In this document: one piece after another, positions 11,301-62,934 of the stretch
How the letters are laid out: each line of letters starts with the position of its first letter
Numbering within the stretch: position 1 is the first letter of the stretch
Position numbers and translations under genes: made by a program
The notes under the pieces: model-generated
The model's database searches: none
What the model was told of the DNA's origin: nothing
Seen by the model: only the letters and a program-made list of their open reading frames with translations
Source: Callorhinchus milii
Lineage: Eukaryota
NCBI RefSeq assembly: GCF_018977255.1
Contig: NW_024704742.1
Location: 41,294,001-41,358,000, forward strand
Direction of reading: 5' to 3'
Length of the DNA stretch: 64,000 bases

Positions 11301-13613
11301 GTGCAAATATATTTTTATACAGCAATACGTGAAGTTGGGCTGAATTTTCAGTCACCGTTACCCATTGCACCTTGGTGATGTATGTATTTGGGGAAATTCC
11401 CATTGCATCGCTAAGAATCTTCCATGCAACACGCACCATTATTCCGCATTAAAATATTATTAAAATGCTAGCCTGTTATTTTTATATAAATATATTCCCT
11501 ATTCATCCTGTAAAATATTTCTTACACTCCGTTTCCATTCTGTTTCTGTAACTGGTGATTTCTGGCACTTTCAAAAGAGATACAATATGGAGGTCACTTT
11601 CTATTATTTGTGTCTCTTTGGGAAAACAAATCTTATCTAGCTAGAAGGAGGAGGTTTCGGAAAACACATTTGTTGTGAACACATGGCCTGCATGTGTTTC
11701 AGTTTTCTTATAACTCTTTCTTCCCCCCAACTTTCTTCCCTCCAAGTGGAGTCCTGTAGCTCAGTGTTTAGAGCACTCGCTTTGCAAGTGAGAGACCTGA
11801 GTTCAATTCCAGGCAGAGGGCGAAACCTTGGGCAAGTTTCCTTACTCCACACACAGAGCCTAATAATAATCCCTCCAAAACCAAAAATAATAATAAATTG
11901 TTCATTTTCAATCTACGACTGTTTGTGGGACATTGCTGCACGCAATTAATTGACTGCCGCGTTCGCCCACAAATATACAGTCAATTCACTTTACAGTGTG
12001 TTCTGTGAAGCGCTTTGGGACGTCGTCCTGACGTGAAAAGCGCTATATCAAATGCAAGGATTATTATTATAACTCCCTTGTAGATTTGCTGTTGTGGTTT
12101 ATAATGCGATTAGTCTTAGAGAGACTTAATTGTAACATTTTACTCACCGCACAGAATATTTATCTCTATGTAATATGTACAAGCAGCATAACTAACACTA
12201 TGTATTTTTTGACTTTTTTGCCAGATGGTGTCCTGCACTTCTGTGATCTCTCCAGTGAGACTAGTTTTTTTTGTGGTCAAGGAGATTATCAATTTGATAT
12301 ATACCGAAAAATGAGGGAGGAAAATTTGTAAGTAACTGCACTATTTAAAGAATTGAAATTTGTGGCGCAATCTAATACATAATGCAGCTTTTCCCTATTT
12401 GATCCCAGCCTGGCAAGATACTGATGGGTTTTCAGATTAATAAACCAGATTAATACATTTTATAAATCAGTTTAGTACATGTTAATGCTGAATCAGATTA
12501 GTACATGCTATTACAAATTCAAGTTTAAAGATTTTGCCTTTCAAACGTTCAAATGTTTTCCACTTTTCAACATTTCTTCCCTACATCCACCTCAACAGTA
12601 ATAGTGCAGTATAGGATGTGCACAAATTATTTTTAATTGAATCTCTTTATAGATATTCCATCAGTACTATCAGTTATAAAACTATAAGAAAAATTACTCA
12701 GTATTATTTAATGTAATACTGTTACATGGCTTTTATATATATTTTCCCTTATTAGCTTGTTTTACCGTAAGGTCCTTTATATTTGCACAGTGAAATTCAA
12801 ACGTTCTATAGTATATCAGAGTAGCAGTTAGATTGAATTGCTTCAGCAAACTTCAGAGGAGCCCATTATAACGATCCATAAAATCCAAACCCATGCTATT
12901 GAGAGGCAAGATAGCAGCTTTGACTGTGCATGTATTCCACTAGCACCTTTTACATTGGACAGTTTGTCCGTTCAAACCTATCTTTTTCAACCATCTTTCC
13001 CCTCTCCTCATCAATCTCCCGATCCTTCTCTCCCCACCTGTTCAGGCTCAAGTCAGTTGTGTGAAACATTTTGAGAAACCCTTGACATGCGCATGTGTGA
13101 TGAATAATTGTGCTATAAGTGAGTTTGTACTATAGTGAAGTGTGTTACAACAGGGCAACACTGTAACAACAAATGTCATTCAAAAAAGTGATTTTTTACA
13201 TTTTACAGTTCAATTAATAGTTGAAAAATTCACATAGTTGCCACAATCTTTTGTTTATTTCTACACGTGTTTGATATTTCAAATTGATTCCTCTCTGTGG
13301 GTTGCAATCTGGCGTGCAGTCCAGAAATCCTCAATAAGAGTACCTTCAAAAATGCTTTCTTGTAAACCGATTTTGAAACTTGCATGCCTATGTTTTTTTC
13401 TTATTTCTTAGCAACAAGTGGTCTGACTACAACCCACACTCAAATGTGTTGTGGTTGCATTACCTAGCTGAGAAAATGTTAAATATGAAGTACAAGAAAA
13501 GAGCCAAAATCGCCCTCAAGACACGTAAAGAAAAATTTGAGGAGTTCTTGAATGAAGCTCTGAAGTATCAGTCTGCTGAAGAGCTATTGCATTCAAATTT
13601 CTTCTTTCAATAA
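2209..13613 (+). CDS. HASPIN: Haspin (histone H3 Thr3 kinase), spliced gene; last 11 coding exons, 5' part lies upstream of the window
   Basis: Joined exons give haspin-specific motifs: [12 protein letters not shown]-loop, [73 protein letters not shown]. All introns are GT-AG with matching phases. Confidence 0.96.
2694..3080 (+). mobile_element. Old Deu-domain SINE (SacSINE1-like)
   Basis: gtgtcagcctggct...gagtcagaaggttgtggg head, caggtggacgttaaagaccccatggca core, L2-type tail; family name from recall. Confidence 0.75.
3577..3779 (+). CDS. HASPIN: Haspin exon (low-complexity linker)
   Basis: ccttttgctag|CA ATC...TTG|gtatgt; AIITPLKT...RVSRNSFL; phase 1 to 0. Confidence 0.8.
4622..4816 (+). 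CDS. HASPIN: Haspin exon (kinase G-loop and catalytic Lys)
   Basis: ctacag|GAC...AAG|gtactt; [22 protein letters not shown]...[11 protein letters not shown]...MVFK. Confidence 0.93.
4970..5780 (+). mobile_element. L2-clade LINE, 5'-truncated
   Basis: FDPELS...[14 protein letters not shown]...[10 protein letters not shown]...[13 protein letters not shown] (L2 ORF2 C-terminus) plus 3' tail. Confidence 0.92.
5867..5952 (+). CDS. HASPIN: Haspin exon (alphaC region)
   Basis: atgcag|ATA...TCA AA|gtaagt; [29 protein letters not shown]. Confidence 0.93.
6014..6377. mobile_element. Tc1/mariner (Tigger/pogo-like) MITE
   Basis: TA|CAGTAACCCCACGGCTATCTGGACC ... GGTCCGATTAGTTGGGGGTTTAGTG|TA: imperfect ~25-bp TIRs, TA duplication, no ORF. 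Confidence 0.75.
6575..7560 (-). mobile_element. Penelope-like retroelement fragment (RT C-terminus plus GIY-YIG endonuclease), frameshifted
   Basis: LPFLDFLI...IYYKP...[24 protein letters not shown] and [21 protein letters not shown] in different minus-strand frames. Confidence 0.9.
7787..7849 (+). CDS. HASPIN: Haspin exon
   Basis: ccttag|G AAA...CAT AA|gtaagt; [20 protein letters not shown]; phase 2 to 2. Confidence 0.9.
8356..8740 (+). mobile_element. tRNA-derived SINE, long subfamily
   Basis: Same head, core and tail as the 1591 copy. Confidence 0.9.
9015..9106 (+). CDS. HASPIN: Haspin exon
   Basis: ttttgcag|T GTA...CCA G|gtaaga; [30 protein letters not shown]. Confidence 0.93.
10685..10764 (+). 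CDS. HASPIN: Haspin exon (hinge)
   Basis: cttttag|AT GAA...AAG|gtaatg; [27 protein letters not shown]. Confidence 0.93.
10849..10937 (+). CDS. HASPIN: Haspin exon
   Basis: ccaacag|ATT...CAT CG|gtaaga; [30 protein letters not shown]; preceded by an 84-nt intron. Confidence 0.94.
11150..11292 (+). CDS. HASPIN: Haspin exon (catalytic loop, DYT motif)
   Basis: tttcag|A GAC...ACA G|gtcagt; [10 protein letters not shown]...[11 protein letters not shown]. Confidence 0.95.
11748..12070 (+). mobile_element. tRNA-derived SINE, short (young) subfamily
   Basis: GGAGTCCTGTAGCTCAGTG...GAGTTCAATTCC head; nearly identical to the 53445 and 57612 copies; (TTA)n tail. Confidence 0.93.
12225..12327 (+). CDS. 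HASPIN: Haspin exon
   Basis: ttgccag|AT GGT...AAT TT|gtaagt; [34 protein letters not shown]. Confidence 0.95.
13412..13613 (+). CDS. HASPIN: Haspin last coding exon
   Basis: ttcttag|C AAC AAG TGG...; [23 protein letters not shown]...[12 protein letters not shown] at 13611-13613. Confidence 0.95.
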
Positions 13614-13705
13614 AACGGCAAGCATACTTTGATACGTTGGGATCTCTGATCTGCAGAAATTTTATTTCCTTTTACTTAAATGTAAACAGTTTTTATTTTT
13701 TTCTA

Positions 13706-13711
13706 AATAAA
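13706..13711 (+). terminator. Probable haspin polyadenylation signal
   Basis: AATAAA about 90 nt after the stop in T-rich context; other AATAAA at 13609 (overlaps the stop) and 13960. Confidence 0.55.
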
Positions 13712-14269
13712 GTTATTGAAAACAATTGTAAAATATTTTGTACTACCAAAATTACATTCCTTTGTAAAGCTGCCATGTAATATTTCTACAATAATACTAA
13801 ACAAGATCTTTGACACGTTGTTTAGTTTATAATTTATTTCTAAAATGTTTAATTCTCTGAATTAGTGATAAAAAGAAATCTTGTACCAGCAGAATAGTAG
13901 AGATAATAATTGGGATAGTTGTAAAATAATTGTCTCAACATTTTTCCTTTCAGTCTTAGAATAAATCCAGTGATTTGGGCAAGTTTCCTGATTCAATATG
14001 CCTCTGTTTACCTAGCAGTAAGTAGGCACCCGGTTGTTCTGTTGGTCGTTTTGTACAATATTGGTAGAAACTAAACCAGATTTATTCAGTGTGTGATGGA
14101 GCATCTCAATCTAGATGGATCATATTTGTGGCCTTAGATGTCGAATAGGCCCACCTATTCTGCAGTCTTCTGAGTTGCACCACATCAATTTCCTTAGATT
14201 TAAAGCCTTTATTAAATCACTGCAAATATCCTTTCCTCCTGAACTCGCCCGGTCTCCTACGGAATACCC

Positions 14270-14680
14270 CAAAGTTCCATTGGCCCCTTTTCCTTGTTTA
14301 CATGTGCTCCTTCTTGGTGATGTCATCCGCAGACATGAAGCCAACTTCCACATGTAGGTGGACGACACCCAAATCTACTTTACCTGCAGCCACAACCCCA
14401 GGCCTACCGATGTTTTGTCCTCTTGCTTGTCAGATATCAAAGCCTGGATGGCCACCAACTTTCTGGAGCTGAATGTTGACAAGGCAGAAGCCATCTCCTT
14501 GGCTCCTGTTATCGTCTTCTCACCTGCAGCTCTGACGTCCTTAACTTCCCCAGTCTCCCACACTGATATCTACGCAACCTAGGCATTAGGTTCAATCCTC
14601 AGCGGTTCTTCCTATCCCATATCCAGTGCCTGACTAGGACAGCATTCCTCCACCACCACATTGCCTGCCTCTGATTGTAC
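14270..14680 (+). mobile_element. Degenerate L2 RT fragment
   Basis: LGDVIRRH..NFHM*VDDTQIY...LSDIKAWMATNFLELNVDKAE. Confidence 0.82.
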
Positions 14681-15403
14681 CCCAGGAGGGAAAATACTTG
14701 TACTGTGTTTGCCATCTCCCTACAACAGTGAGGTTGAGGCTGACTACTTAATCATATAAATATCATATAAATCGTATAAAGGAACTGCATTGACAGTATA
14801 TTTGGCTCATCCCTCTATAGCCTACCGGTACATTAAATGCTAGATGCGTAATGTGAAGCACTCCAAGACAGTACCACGCATGAGGGGTGCTACATAAATT
14901 CAAGTTATTGTCAAAGCATTTTATATTATAAAACAAAACGAGTAAATAACACTTGTTTAAAAACTCTAGGTGAGAGAATAGGTAGAGTGGTGAGTGACAG
15001 CTTGGATTTGAGCAGTAAATGCTATGCTTTTCAGCGTACAACCTTCAAATAAACTGCAGTTTATTTTACATCATATTTACAATCTAATCCATTAAATTAC
15101 ATCATTAAAAAAACCTGTACAGAAAGCACCATGTTCTCTGTTTATATGGAAATCACACTTGTTCTGCCACAGATCCAAACACTTACTGAGCGGTGTATCC
15201 TCGGGTGACAGAGAGGAGCTCCTTCAGTGCCAGGGGTAGTTGGGGGTGGGGTTGGTGCACTGCCAAACCCCTGTACACTAGCTCCTGTTGAATGCCCATA
15301 GTGTTTAATACACCTGATAGTTGGCAATCATCACCACAATCGCCCAGATTCTAGCTGTCCACGAAGACCTGTTACCCCACTTTTCTTTACAGTGTAACAA
15401 CTA

Positions 15404-16450
15404 AAACAACAACAAAATTACATTTGTAGAGTGCCTTTCACGTCGGGAGGACGTCCCAAAGCGCTGAACAGTCAGCTGTCGGGGCCTGAGCATGGGGGAG
15501 GGGTGGTGTACGGGTGAGGGAAGGCAGAGAGGTGGGAGGGAGACCAAAGGCGCGGTCGAAGAGAAGGGTCTTAAGACCGGCCTTGAAGGAGGCGAAGGGA
15601 CCGTGGGATGGAGTTCCAGAGTGTGGGGGCAGAGATGCTGAAAGCCCGGCCAACGATGGTAGGGCGGGTCAGGCGGGAGACATGGAGCAGACCGGAGCCC
15701 AATGAACGGAGGGAGCGGTCAGGTTGGTAGGGAGTCAGCAGGTCAGAGAGGTAGGAGGGGGCGAAGCCATGGATGGCCTTAAAGGTGAGGACGAGGATCT
15801 TGAACTCGATCCTCTGGGGGATGGGGAGCCAGTGGAGTCGGGCGAGGGTGGGAGTGATGGGGTCGCGGAGCCTGGTGAGTGAGAGTACACGAGCTGCAGA
15901 GTTTTGGATGATCTGCAGCTTGTGAAGGGAAGAGTTGGGAAGGCCGATGAGGAGGGAGTTCCCGTAATCAAGCCTTGAGGTGACGAATGTGAGGGTTTGG
16001 GCAGCCTGAGGGGTGAGGCAGTGGCGGAGTCTGGCAATATTATGGAGGTGGCGGTAGGCAGTGCTGATCATGGTGTGGGTGTGGAGGAGAAAGGACAGTT
16101 CAGGGTCAAACAAGACGCCCAGCTTCCTGACTGGCTTAGTGAGGTTGAGTGTGCAGCCGTGGAGGCTGATGCTGCCAGCGCCCGAGGTGCAGAGGCCCTG
16201 GCGCGAGCCAATCAGGAGGGCCTCGGTATTGCTGACGTTGAGTTGGAGAAAGTTGGCCCTTGTCCAGGACTTGATGTCGGACGGGCAGTCGGTCAGGACA
16301 CCAGTAGTCCTGGAGCTCAAGGTGGAGGCAGAGAGGTAGAGTTGGGTGACATCCACATACATGTGGAAATTTATCCCATGTCTGCGGATGATGTCACCAA
16401 GGGGGAGCATGTAGAGGGTGAAGAGGAGGGGACCGAGGACAGAGCCCTGA
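15404..16450 (-). mobile_element. L2-clade LINE, 5'-truncated
   Basis: [15 protein letters not shown]...YVDVTQLY...[10 protein letters not shown]; (TTG)n tail at about 15404. Confidence 0.95.
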
Positions 16451-17852
16451 GGCTCTGTGGAAGACATGTGGAAGAATGAAGATAATAATTTATCACCATG
16501 GTTGGTGCGACATCTTCCAAATATGATGCAGTGACGAGGGAAAACACATCTCTGACAGCTCGTTTCAGCTCCTCTCTTAGTCTCGTATTGCTGTTTTGTA
16601 ATGGGGAGATAAGAGGACTTTGTGGACACCCTGTATATTCAGGAGCAAGACCCTTAACGACAATCTGTATATGGTAAGTTTTTTTTTCAAAAACCTGAAC
16701 AACTAGAATCTTGATGTCCCATGTCCAGGAAGTCACTTTCCCTGTAATCAAAGACATTGTTGCTTATTTCAGTTTTATTTTAATAGACATGCTCAGCCCA
16801 AACCTACTGCCTTGGCCCATATGTCTATGACGCATTTGCTTGGCAATAAGGAACATACTTCAGGTGTAAAATACCCGGTTTGACTTCTAGCAGTGAATGT
16901 TAATGTGAGTGCTGTCATCTGACAGGATGTAATTCTAGCAGACAGCTTATTTTCTACTAGTGCTAAACAGCAGTGTTGTGTTGCTTTAACAGAGAATAGC
17001 TACCCTCATTACAAAATCTTTTAGATAACGCTTACATGCAGCAAGTAGTATTTCACTTCTAAAAGCAGAAAAGCACAAGTTATTTTGAATCTGATGTCTC
17101 CAATTAAGTAACTGAGTAACATTTAACCACTAAGCCGTTATTCTGTCGCCTCAGTGCTAACTTGCATTGTTTTAACTTTTCTCTGAATAGTATTCCATCG
17201 AGGTAGTATTCCATTATCGGTCTTACCATGCTTCTTGCAAACAGCAAGGCATAAGGCATTGCATCTATTACACAAAACAGATCTGCTCAATCAGACATGG
17301 TAGTCAACAATAAATCNTTTTTTTCAAATTATATTGATGGCACAAGGATGTTATTGAAAATACACATTAGAAAGCACAAGTGTTACAAAAGCATTAATCA
17401 ACATCAGATTACACAAACTAGATTTGATAATAAACATCTGCTAGAACGTTTTTCTTTTAATCAACAGCAAAAAGCAAGTGCAAGACAACAATCTATAAAG
17501 TTTCTCGAAAGATGAGGTCTAGTTGGAAATCATGCTATTGTGCTGAATGTCTGCACCACAGAGTGGTGAGGTGCAAGTTTTCTCCCACAATTGCCACGTG
17601 GCAAGTTGCCAAGTGCAGTTAAAACTCTCTGGAAAATGTGCTGAGCAGACTTGAGGAATTTCACTAAGAAGAAGAGGGGTAAAATGTATGGTGAATTCAA
17701 ACATAACTGATCTCATGAAACTCTGACTCAAGAGCAACACTGGCAGGTCCTTGGCAAATCGGGCTGCCTAAGCTGGTATTTCAGCTTCTGGAGATTTTGG
17801 GGAAATAACAAAAAAGTGAGAACATAACTTACAAAATGGAAATAAATACTAC

Positions 17853-17858
17853 TTTAAT
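17853..17858 (-). terminator. Candidate proximal FAM184B polyadenylation signal (ATTAAA)
   Basis: ATTAAA about 48 nt after the stop on -, followed by a T/GT-rich tract; distal AATAAA at about 16774 and 15060. Confidence 0.35.
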
Positions 17859-17905
17859 ACACTGAACAGAGGTCAAATATCACAAAATCTACACACAGCT
17901 CATTC

Positions 17906-57140
<39,235 letters not shown>

Positions 57141-57611
57141 CTATTGAGACATCAGAGGAAATGATTACAATAATAATAACGACAACAACAACTTGTATTT
57201 ATATAGCGCACCTCACACAGGGTAGCATCCCAGATTAACTTGGGTCGATGTTGTTTTGATGTTGTCACTCAATGAGAAGGGTTGTGTGCCTGAACTGTGG
57301 ACAGGAAGGACAGTGGCGATGCTCTCCACCCATTTCATGCTGAGATGCTTTGCCCACCGGGAAGTTTGCGGGAAGTTTCTTATACCTACCATCCACCTAG
57401 TGAGAGCTCATTGGACGTTGAACAACTAACTGGTGATTATCCTCCTTGAAAAGGAGGTAAGTGGGTCTCCTGGGAGTTGAACTGGCTCCAAGGTGACATG
57501 ACTGGCAATGGAATGTTGGAATCGAGCCAACCCTCTGTGGTGGTCTCAGTAGTCCAGTTCCTGAGCCGGGCGGGTCTACAGTATTCCAGGGCACTGCTGA
57601 TGAGCCAGCCT

Positions 57612-57936
57612 GGAGTCCTGTAGCTCGGTGGTTAGAGCACTCGCTTTGCAAGCGAGAGACCTGAGTTCAATTCCAGGCAGAGGGCGAAACCTTGGGCAAG
57701 TTTCCTTACTCCACACAGAGCCTAATAATAATCCCTCCAAAAAAACAAAAAACAATAATTAAATTGGTCATTTTCAATCTACGACTGTTTGTGGGACATT
57801 GCTGTGCGCAATTGGCTGCCGCGTTCGCCCACAAGTATACAGTCAATTCACTTTACTGTGTTCTGTGAAGTGCTTTGGGACGTCCTCCCGACGTGAAAAG
57901 CGCTATATCAAATGCAAGTATTATTATTATTATTAT
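57612..57936 (+). mobile_element. tRNA-derived SINE, short (young) subfamily
   Basis: Intact A/B-box head and L2-like stem-loop tail. Confidence 0.93.
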
Positions 57937-59479
57937 AAACTACAAGAACAAACCTCAAGCAATTACAAGCCTGGTGTGGATCCCGAGATTGGATTACTTT
58001 CACTTTCATTATAAAGTCACAACATTCTACAATAAATCCTGTGATGTGCTTTGATACATTTTCAACGACATGATAAGGCACTATATCAAATGTAAGGATT
58101 ACTATTTTTATTGTTATTATTTCCTTGAAATGATGCCAGGTGCTATTACCTTTGATGATATACACCACTAATCTAATAGGGTGATTTAATTTAATCCGGT
58201 GCGAGCTCCATCCTGCTGTAAGCAGCTGCTGGTATTATATATCCAATTAATTGTGGTGACTTCACATGGAAAGATTAACGATCACGATGATCAGTGCTGC
58301 AAATTTATAAAGAATCAAACCGTAGCTGATTGCAGGAAAATTCTACAATACAAACAAACCGGATATAACTTGCTGTGCCATTTCTCTGTTGAGGATTGAA
58401 CAGTGGACCCTTGTTTATCCTTGTCCCAATTGTCTGCCTTCCTCATATATGGGAATTTATAGTTTATCTACAATATAATGTTGTTCATCCTTAAAAGGTC
58501 CCAAGGTTATATTTTGTTACTTTCAAATGATCAACAAACTTTTTTTGTGTAGTAGTGCACTTCAAAGGATTAAACTGGTAGTTTCACACCTCATAAAATT
58601 TTATATTGGGTGGCCATATTGTTATTTATTGGTTGCAAAGAATACATTTCAATGATTGAATGAGTGCTAGAAATTATAATGATTTAGCAACATGACAATA
58701 AATAGAGTACTTTGTCACCTTGCTAAATCTGCTACTTTCCAAATGAATCAGTCTGCTGTTCATTAATTTCAATGTATGTTACAATTAAGAATACGATTTC
58801 GCAGGATTCAACTGAACAAGAGAATTTTGTACCATGGAAAGACTGCACAAATTAAATTTGCACCTAAAGTACAAATCCCTGAAGAGTGGCAATTATAGGG
58901 ACAGCGGTGCGAGCTAAGACAGAAAATCTCAGTTCTCATCCACCGATGACCTTTGGAGAATCATTGGCAATGTTTGTGACTGAGTAAACATAAACCTGCC
59001 AATAACCAACATGAACAATAAGCTGATCAAGATGTACATTAGAAGCAGTAGCATTTTGTTTTGTGCAGCTGGGTGTCTGACACATGCATCTCCATATTTA
59101 AAAATGTCTAGGCTGGATTGAGCGTTCCATATACCACTAACACATGGAAACTTCCCTGTATTGGAATGGAATGTTCACTCTCTCTTTGAAGAGATACATC
59201 CCAGTTATATAAATCTGGAGCCTTAGGCACAGCTGACAAGAGACAAGGTTTGGAGACCCCAGAGTGTGCGTTGAGGTACTCCTGTTGTTTAACAAGCTAA
59301 AACAGCATGGCTTGCTATTGGGAGCACTGTCTATTAAGCTATCCAACTGCTCATCCAGCTACACCACCCTACCTATTAGGGCTTTAGCTTGCATGGGTAA
59401 CAGGAGCAGAGTGGGAAGAATTCCTGCTCCCAATGATTGGGAGAAATCCACTTCTCTTTTCAAATAGTTGAATAGTTTT

Positions 59480-59665
59480 TCATGTCCACCTAAACAGGTT
59501 TAACATCTCATCCAAATGACGGCACTCCTGACAATGCAATGCTGCCCCAACAATGCATTGAGGTGTCAAACTGGACTGTAAGCTCCAATTCATGACATGG
59601 GGCTTGAACCCAAAATCTTCTGAGACAGAATCAAGAGAACTATCAACTGAACCAGAAAACACCTG
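59480..59665 (-). mobile_element. Old Deu-domain SINE, 5' half
   Basis: ggggcttgaacccaaaatcttctgag... is the reverse complement of the 2694 head. Confidence 0.7.
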
Positions 59666-61376
59666 GCTGTCAGTATGATAGTATGGCACACTGCCTCACA
59701 GATGAATTTTAGGCAACCTACTTTTGGAGTAGATTTTCTTTAAGTGGGCATGTTTGATGTACATTAACATGCCAGAACAAATCCCTTATGAAAGAATCCA
59801 ATGAAAAATCAATGTATATTGTACTTTATCAATAATCCTTGCATTTGATATAGTGTCTGATTTAATATAGTGTCTGCCTTGCATTTGATTTAGCTAGTCG
59901 TGAAGACTATGTATTATTCAATTGAAGATGTATTTTTCAGATCGTAAAAAATTATCTGAAGCTTAAGAACAATATCTATTATCATTACTATGTACAAATG
60001 TATTATCTGATTAATAAAAGGAGATAAAAGCATCTCCCATCCAATGCTAGTTGCTTGCCACTTTTCATGATTCTATAGTCAGGCAAAAGTGGTTTGGGAA
60101 ATTTTTGCCTAATGAAACACAGAGGAACGACATGAGTTACATTATCACCTCAGCCTGGTCAACAGATGAAGCCCTGCTTGAGTGTTGCTTACTGGCATCT
60201 GATCATCGAATAGCTTGGCAGCAGTTAGGAACACAGGTACAGGAGTTCAGCTTTGTTTTCATCTCACCCTTCCAGAATACCCATATGACCATCTTCCTAA
60301 TATAGTACCAAGCTGTTCCTTGTATGAGTCCAGTGTCCTGGCCTGCAACACTCTTCCTGGCAATCCATTCCAGCCATTAATTACCTCCCCGTGCCTGTCC
60401 TGAAAGTGTCCTTCACATCAATGAAGTTGTCCTCCCTTATCCTGCTGCTGTATATTGACAAATGGGATTAAAAGCTCTTCAATCATTTAACCATATGGCA
60501 GCACCAGTTGGTGGTCTGAGCTCCTGTACCCGTGTCCCTCACTGCTGTCAATCTGTTCCACGATCAGATGCAAGGAAGCGAGACTCAAGCAGGGCTCCGT
60601 CTATTGACCAGGCTGAGAAGTGATAATGAAACTCGCAAGGCATGTTAAATGAAACGAGGGAAATTACAGAAAGTTTGCAAGTTTCCCACTGTTCAGAGGT
60701 TCCAGACTTCTAATGGTATGCAAAGCAAAGTTAAGGTAAATGCCAAATTAATGCTATTTGACAAAAATCTCATCTTCATGTGAATCACCAATGATGTTCA
60801 GTAGATTATTATTGCAACTATACTGCAAGGTATTTTAAGCTCCTTCCTGCAGAGAGGAAAGAGCAGAATAAAAAAGTGTAACTTGAAATGGTAAAGCAGC
60901 TGTTGGGGACAACATTCTCACATACATGACTGTGCATCCGATATAGAGCCATGTTACAGCTGTCGTCAGTGCCGAGAGCCACTAGACTAACAGAGCATTG
61001 ATATCCCCATATGCCAACACACCCAGACTTCTACTGTATAACAAAGCAGCAATGATCTATGCATGACCGCTTATCACTTAGCATGACAAACAAAATATTA
61101 CCCTTCTTGCAGTTAATTTCCTATGTAGCTTGCTGAACAGTATTTTAAATCGAGGTATCCCTTTCTAAAATTGTTACTGTATAAGAATAACTACAGTAAA
61201 CTCTGGATAACTTGATCCTGGCTTAATTTGGCGCTATTACGTAAGTCCCCATGCTATGAATATTCCGGCCGCTTCCTATGCAAAATGTTAATAAGCAACT
61301 TGTCACTTTGCTTAACACGTAACTACTCACATTCTAGAAATTCTTGTAAGTCCTTACAATATAAAATTGATCAGAT

Positions 61377-61650
61377 AACAACAACAACAAAATTGCATTT
61401 GTATAGCGCCTTTCACATTGGGAGAACGTCCCAAGGTGCTGGATAGTCAGTGTTTCGGAACCGAGCTGGGGGTCGGGGTTGGGGAGGGTGGAGGGCGGGG
61501 GGGAAGCAAGATCGAAAGCACGGTCGAAGAGGAGGGTCTTGAGATGGGTCTTGAAGGAGACACGGGGGGGGGGGGGGGGGGGGGGGAGGCAGAGGGACTG
61601 CGGGATGGAGTTCCAGAGTGTGGGGGCAGAGTGGCAGAAGGCCTGCTGTT
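61377..61650 (-). mobile_element. L2 3' fragment with an expanded poly-G run
   Basis: (CAA)n tail, SFKTHLKTLLF; G-run at about 61564-61586. Confidence 0.88.
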
Positions 61651-62934
61651 TCAAGCACAAAAAAGCAAGTCTACAAGGTCATTTTATCTCCAAAACAAGA
61701 AGCAACTTTGCCTTTGTTTACCAATTTGAACCATGTTATTCATCTATTTGAAGATGATTTCAGATACAGACAATTAGCTCACTAAGTTCAACTTGCACAA
61801 TTCATCCATCATACTGTACTGTCTCCGGCATTCAGAGTAACACAGTAACCCGTCATAGGTTCACTGAAAGAACATTTGTTCTTCGCAATATTGTCCCATT
61901 TTCAAAAACCTTTTGATAACACTGGTGTTAATAAGTAGACATTAAACAGAAAACCCATCAAGCTGGACTCACAGCTCATTCATCGTACAGTCAATATCTT
62001 TGTGAAGAACTAATAAGAACTAGTAACATTAAGTCATTGTAAGTGTATGTCAGCTCACTTATCCCCCCACTGTCCTGTGCTGAAACTTCCTGTCTATTAA
62101 TAATGTTCAGTGAACCATGTCCCAGTTCTATTAGAGCATCCTCACTGCCTAGATAGGTAGTTGCCTGATATTCCCTGCCAGTCTATCATTATTAAGGATG
62201 TTGCTCCAGATCTTCCTTCTGCCCTTTAAGGCAGTGTGACTCTACAACCATTGCCAGTATATTGTAACCATATTCTCTCGAATCTTCCTGTTGTGCTGTA
62301 TTTCTGTATCAGCTACTAAGAATTTACTATGCTCAGTGGGCACATTGAATTGTGTAGAGTTAACCCTCGCATGAGTATGTATCAAATGTTTACATTTGCT
62401 TGTCTGATTGGATGGATTCAGGATTACTGTACAAACACTTATTTATTTACTGTCGTGAATTCAATAATTCCTCCTTCAATCAAAATGGACTGGCAATTTG
62501 GATTTGATCCTTATTCGCAGTCAAAGTACATACAAGACTTGATACAAATGGACTGAAGTCTCGGATGTTATCCAACATAATGTCAACTATTGCTGACAAA
62601 TTATTGACCTTGTAATTTTAGTAGCTACTACAGAAATACAGCAAACAGGAAAACTCAGGAGACTAGTATTAGGCGCAAATTGGTGAAATGTCTGACAAGC
62701 TTCCAACTACTTGACCAAGGCTGGCTGGTCTGTCATCATCAGTGCCTTAGTGCATCTGGGCATGAACTGGAGCACAGAGACTGCCACAGAAGATGGGCTC
62801 AATTTTGACATTTTGTTGCCAAGCACTCACATTGAGCCAGTTCAGCTCCAAGAAGATTCTGCTTACATCCTCCAATGAGGATAATCACTGACAGAAACAA
62901 CAACTTGTAATTATTTATTTACAGAGAGAAGGGA

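Noticed and set aside
11748..11822. tRNA-Ala gene
   Set aside because: It continues into a SINE body and tail, recurs in many copies, and has no proper acceptor stem or Pol III terminator.
15571..16629. 352-aa ORF as a host gene
   Set aside because: It is a truncated L2 RT fragment (YADD degenerated to YVDV) fused by chance to non-L2 flanking sequence.
61564..61586. Poly-G run as a functional G-quadruplex or polyproline coding tract
   Set aside because: It lies within a decayed L2 fragment and is most simply a homopolymer expansion.
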